Source: Psammoneis japonica
Taxonomy: Eukaryota
DNA: 64,000 nt
Assembly (NCBI GenBank): GCA_008632985.1
Contig: QPGO01000069.1
Coordinates: 372,001-436,000, forward strand
Direction of reading: 5' to 3'
A program made the translations under genes and the position numbers. Under the pieces are notes generated by a model. That model ran no database searches. It was not told the origin of the DNA and saw only the letters and a program-made list of their open reading frames with translations. The stretch's first letter is position 1, and every line of letters starts with the position of its first letter. Below, in pieces: positions 63,801 to 64,000 of the stretch.

Positions 63801-64000
63801 GCTGAACTCCACCATGGCTTCATGAGGCTGGAGGACACAAACAAGCAAAGCAGTGCACTCCAGGTTTCACAGACCCCCCTGAATTGCATTGATTCTTTCT
63901 GTGCCCCCAAAATGGTTTTTGCTTCTTTCTTCTTGCCACAAAAAGAAGCCAGAGCAACCGCGATGCAGGAAGCTGCATCAAAAAAAAAAGTGCCATTGTT

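Overview
Eukaryotic genomic DNA, most likely from a pennate diatom: GT-AG introns, a plastid transketolase with a bipartite presequence, frustulin-like Cys repeats and a CoDi-type Copia. Gene islands with normal dinucleotide content are at ~2.6-16.2 kb, ~19.7-31.3 kb and ~50-57 kb. They contain a PPR-Smr protein, an ATP-grasp ligase head-to-head with a triple peptidase-S51 gene, a nuclease/kinase pseudogene, two divergent metallophosphoesterase+frustulin-repeat paralogs, a C1-VPS9 protein, transketolase, ASF1 and a BAP31-like protein. These islands alternate with transposon relics: Crypton, a full-length Copia with LTRs and TSD, CRE-like LINEs, Tc1-like and Helentron/MITE-like elements. The most striking signal is that the relics are almost devoid of TpA; for example I find none in 44990-46803 or 42341-43397. 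Copy-to-copy comparisons (LTR vs LTR, Crypton vs Crypton, tandem MITE copies) show ancestral TA replaced by TG or CA, so Tyr becomes Cys or His, in addition to CpG decay. This looks like a RIP-like, transposon-targeted A:T>G:C hypermutation at TpA that spares near-identical tandem repeats inside host genes. All counts are by eye; family assignments are from motif recognition, not database searches.
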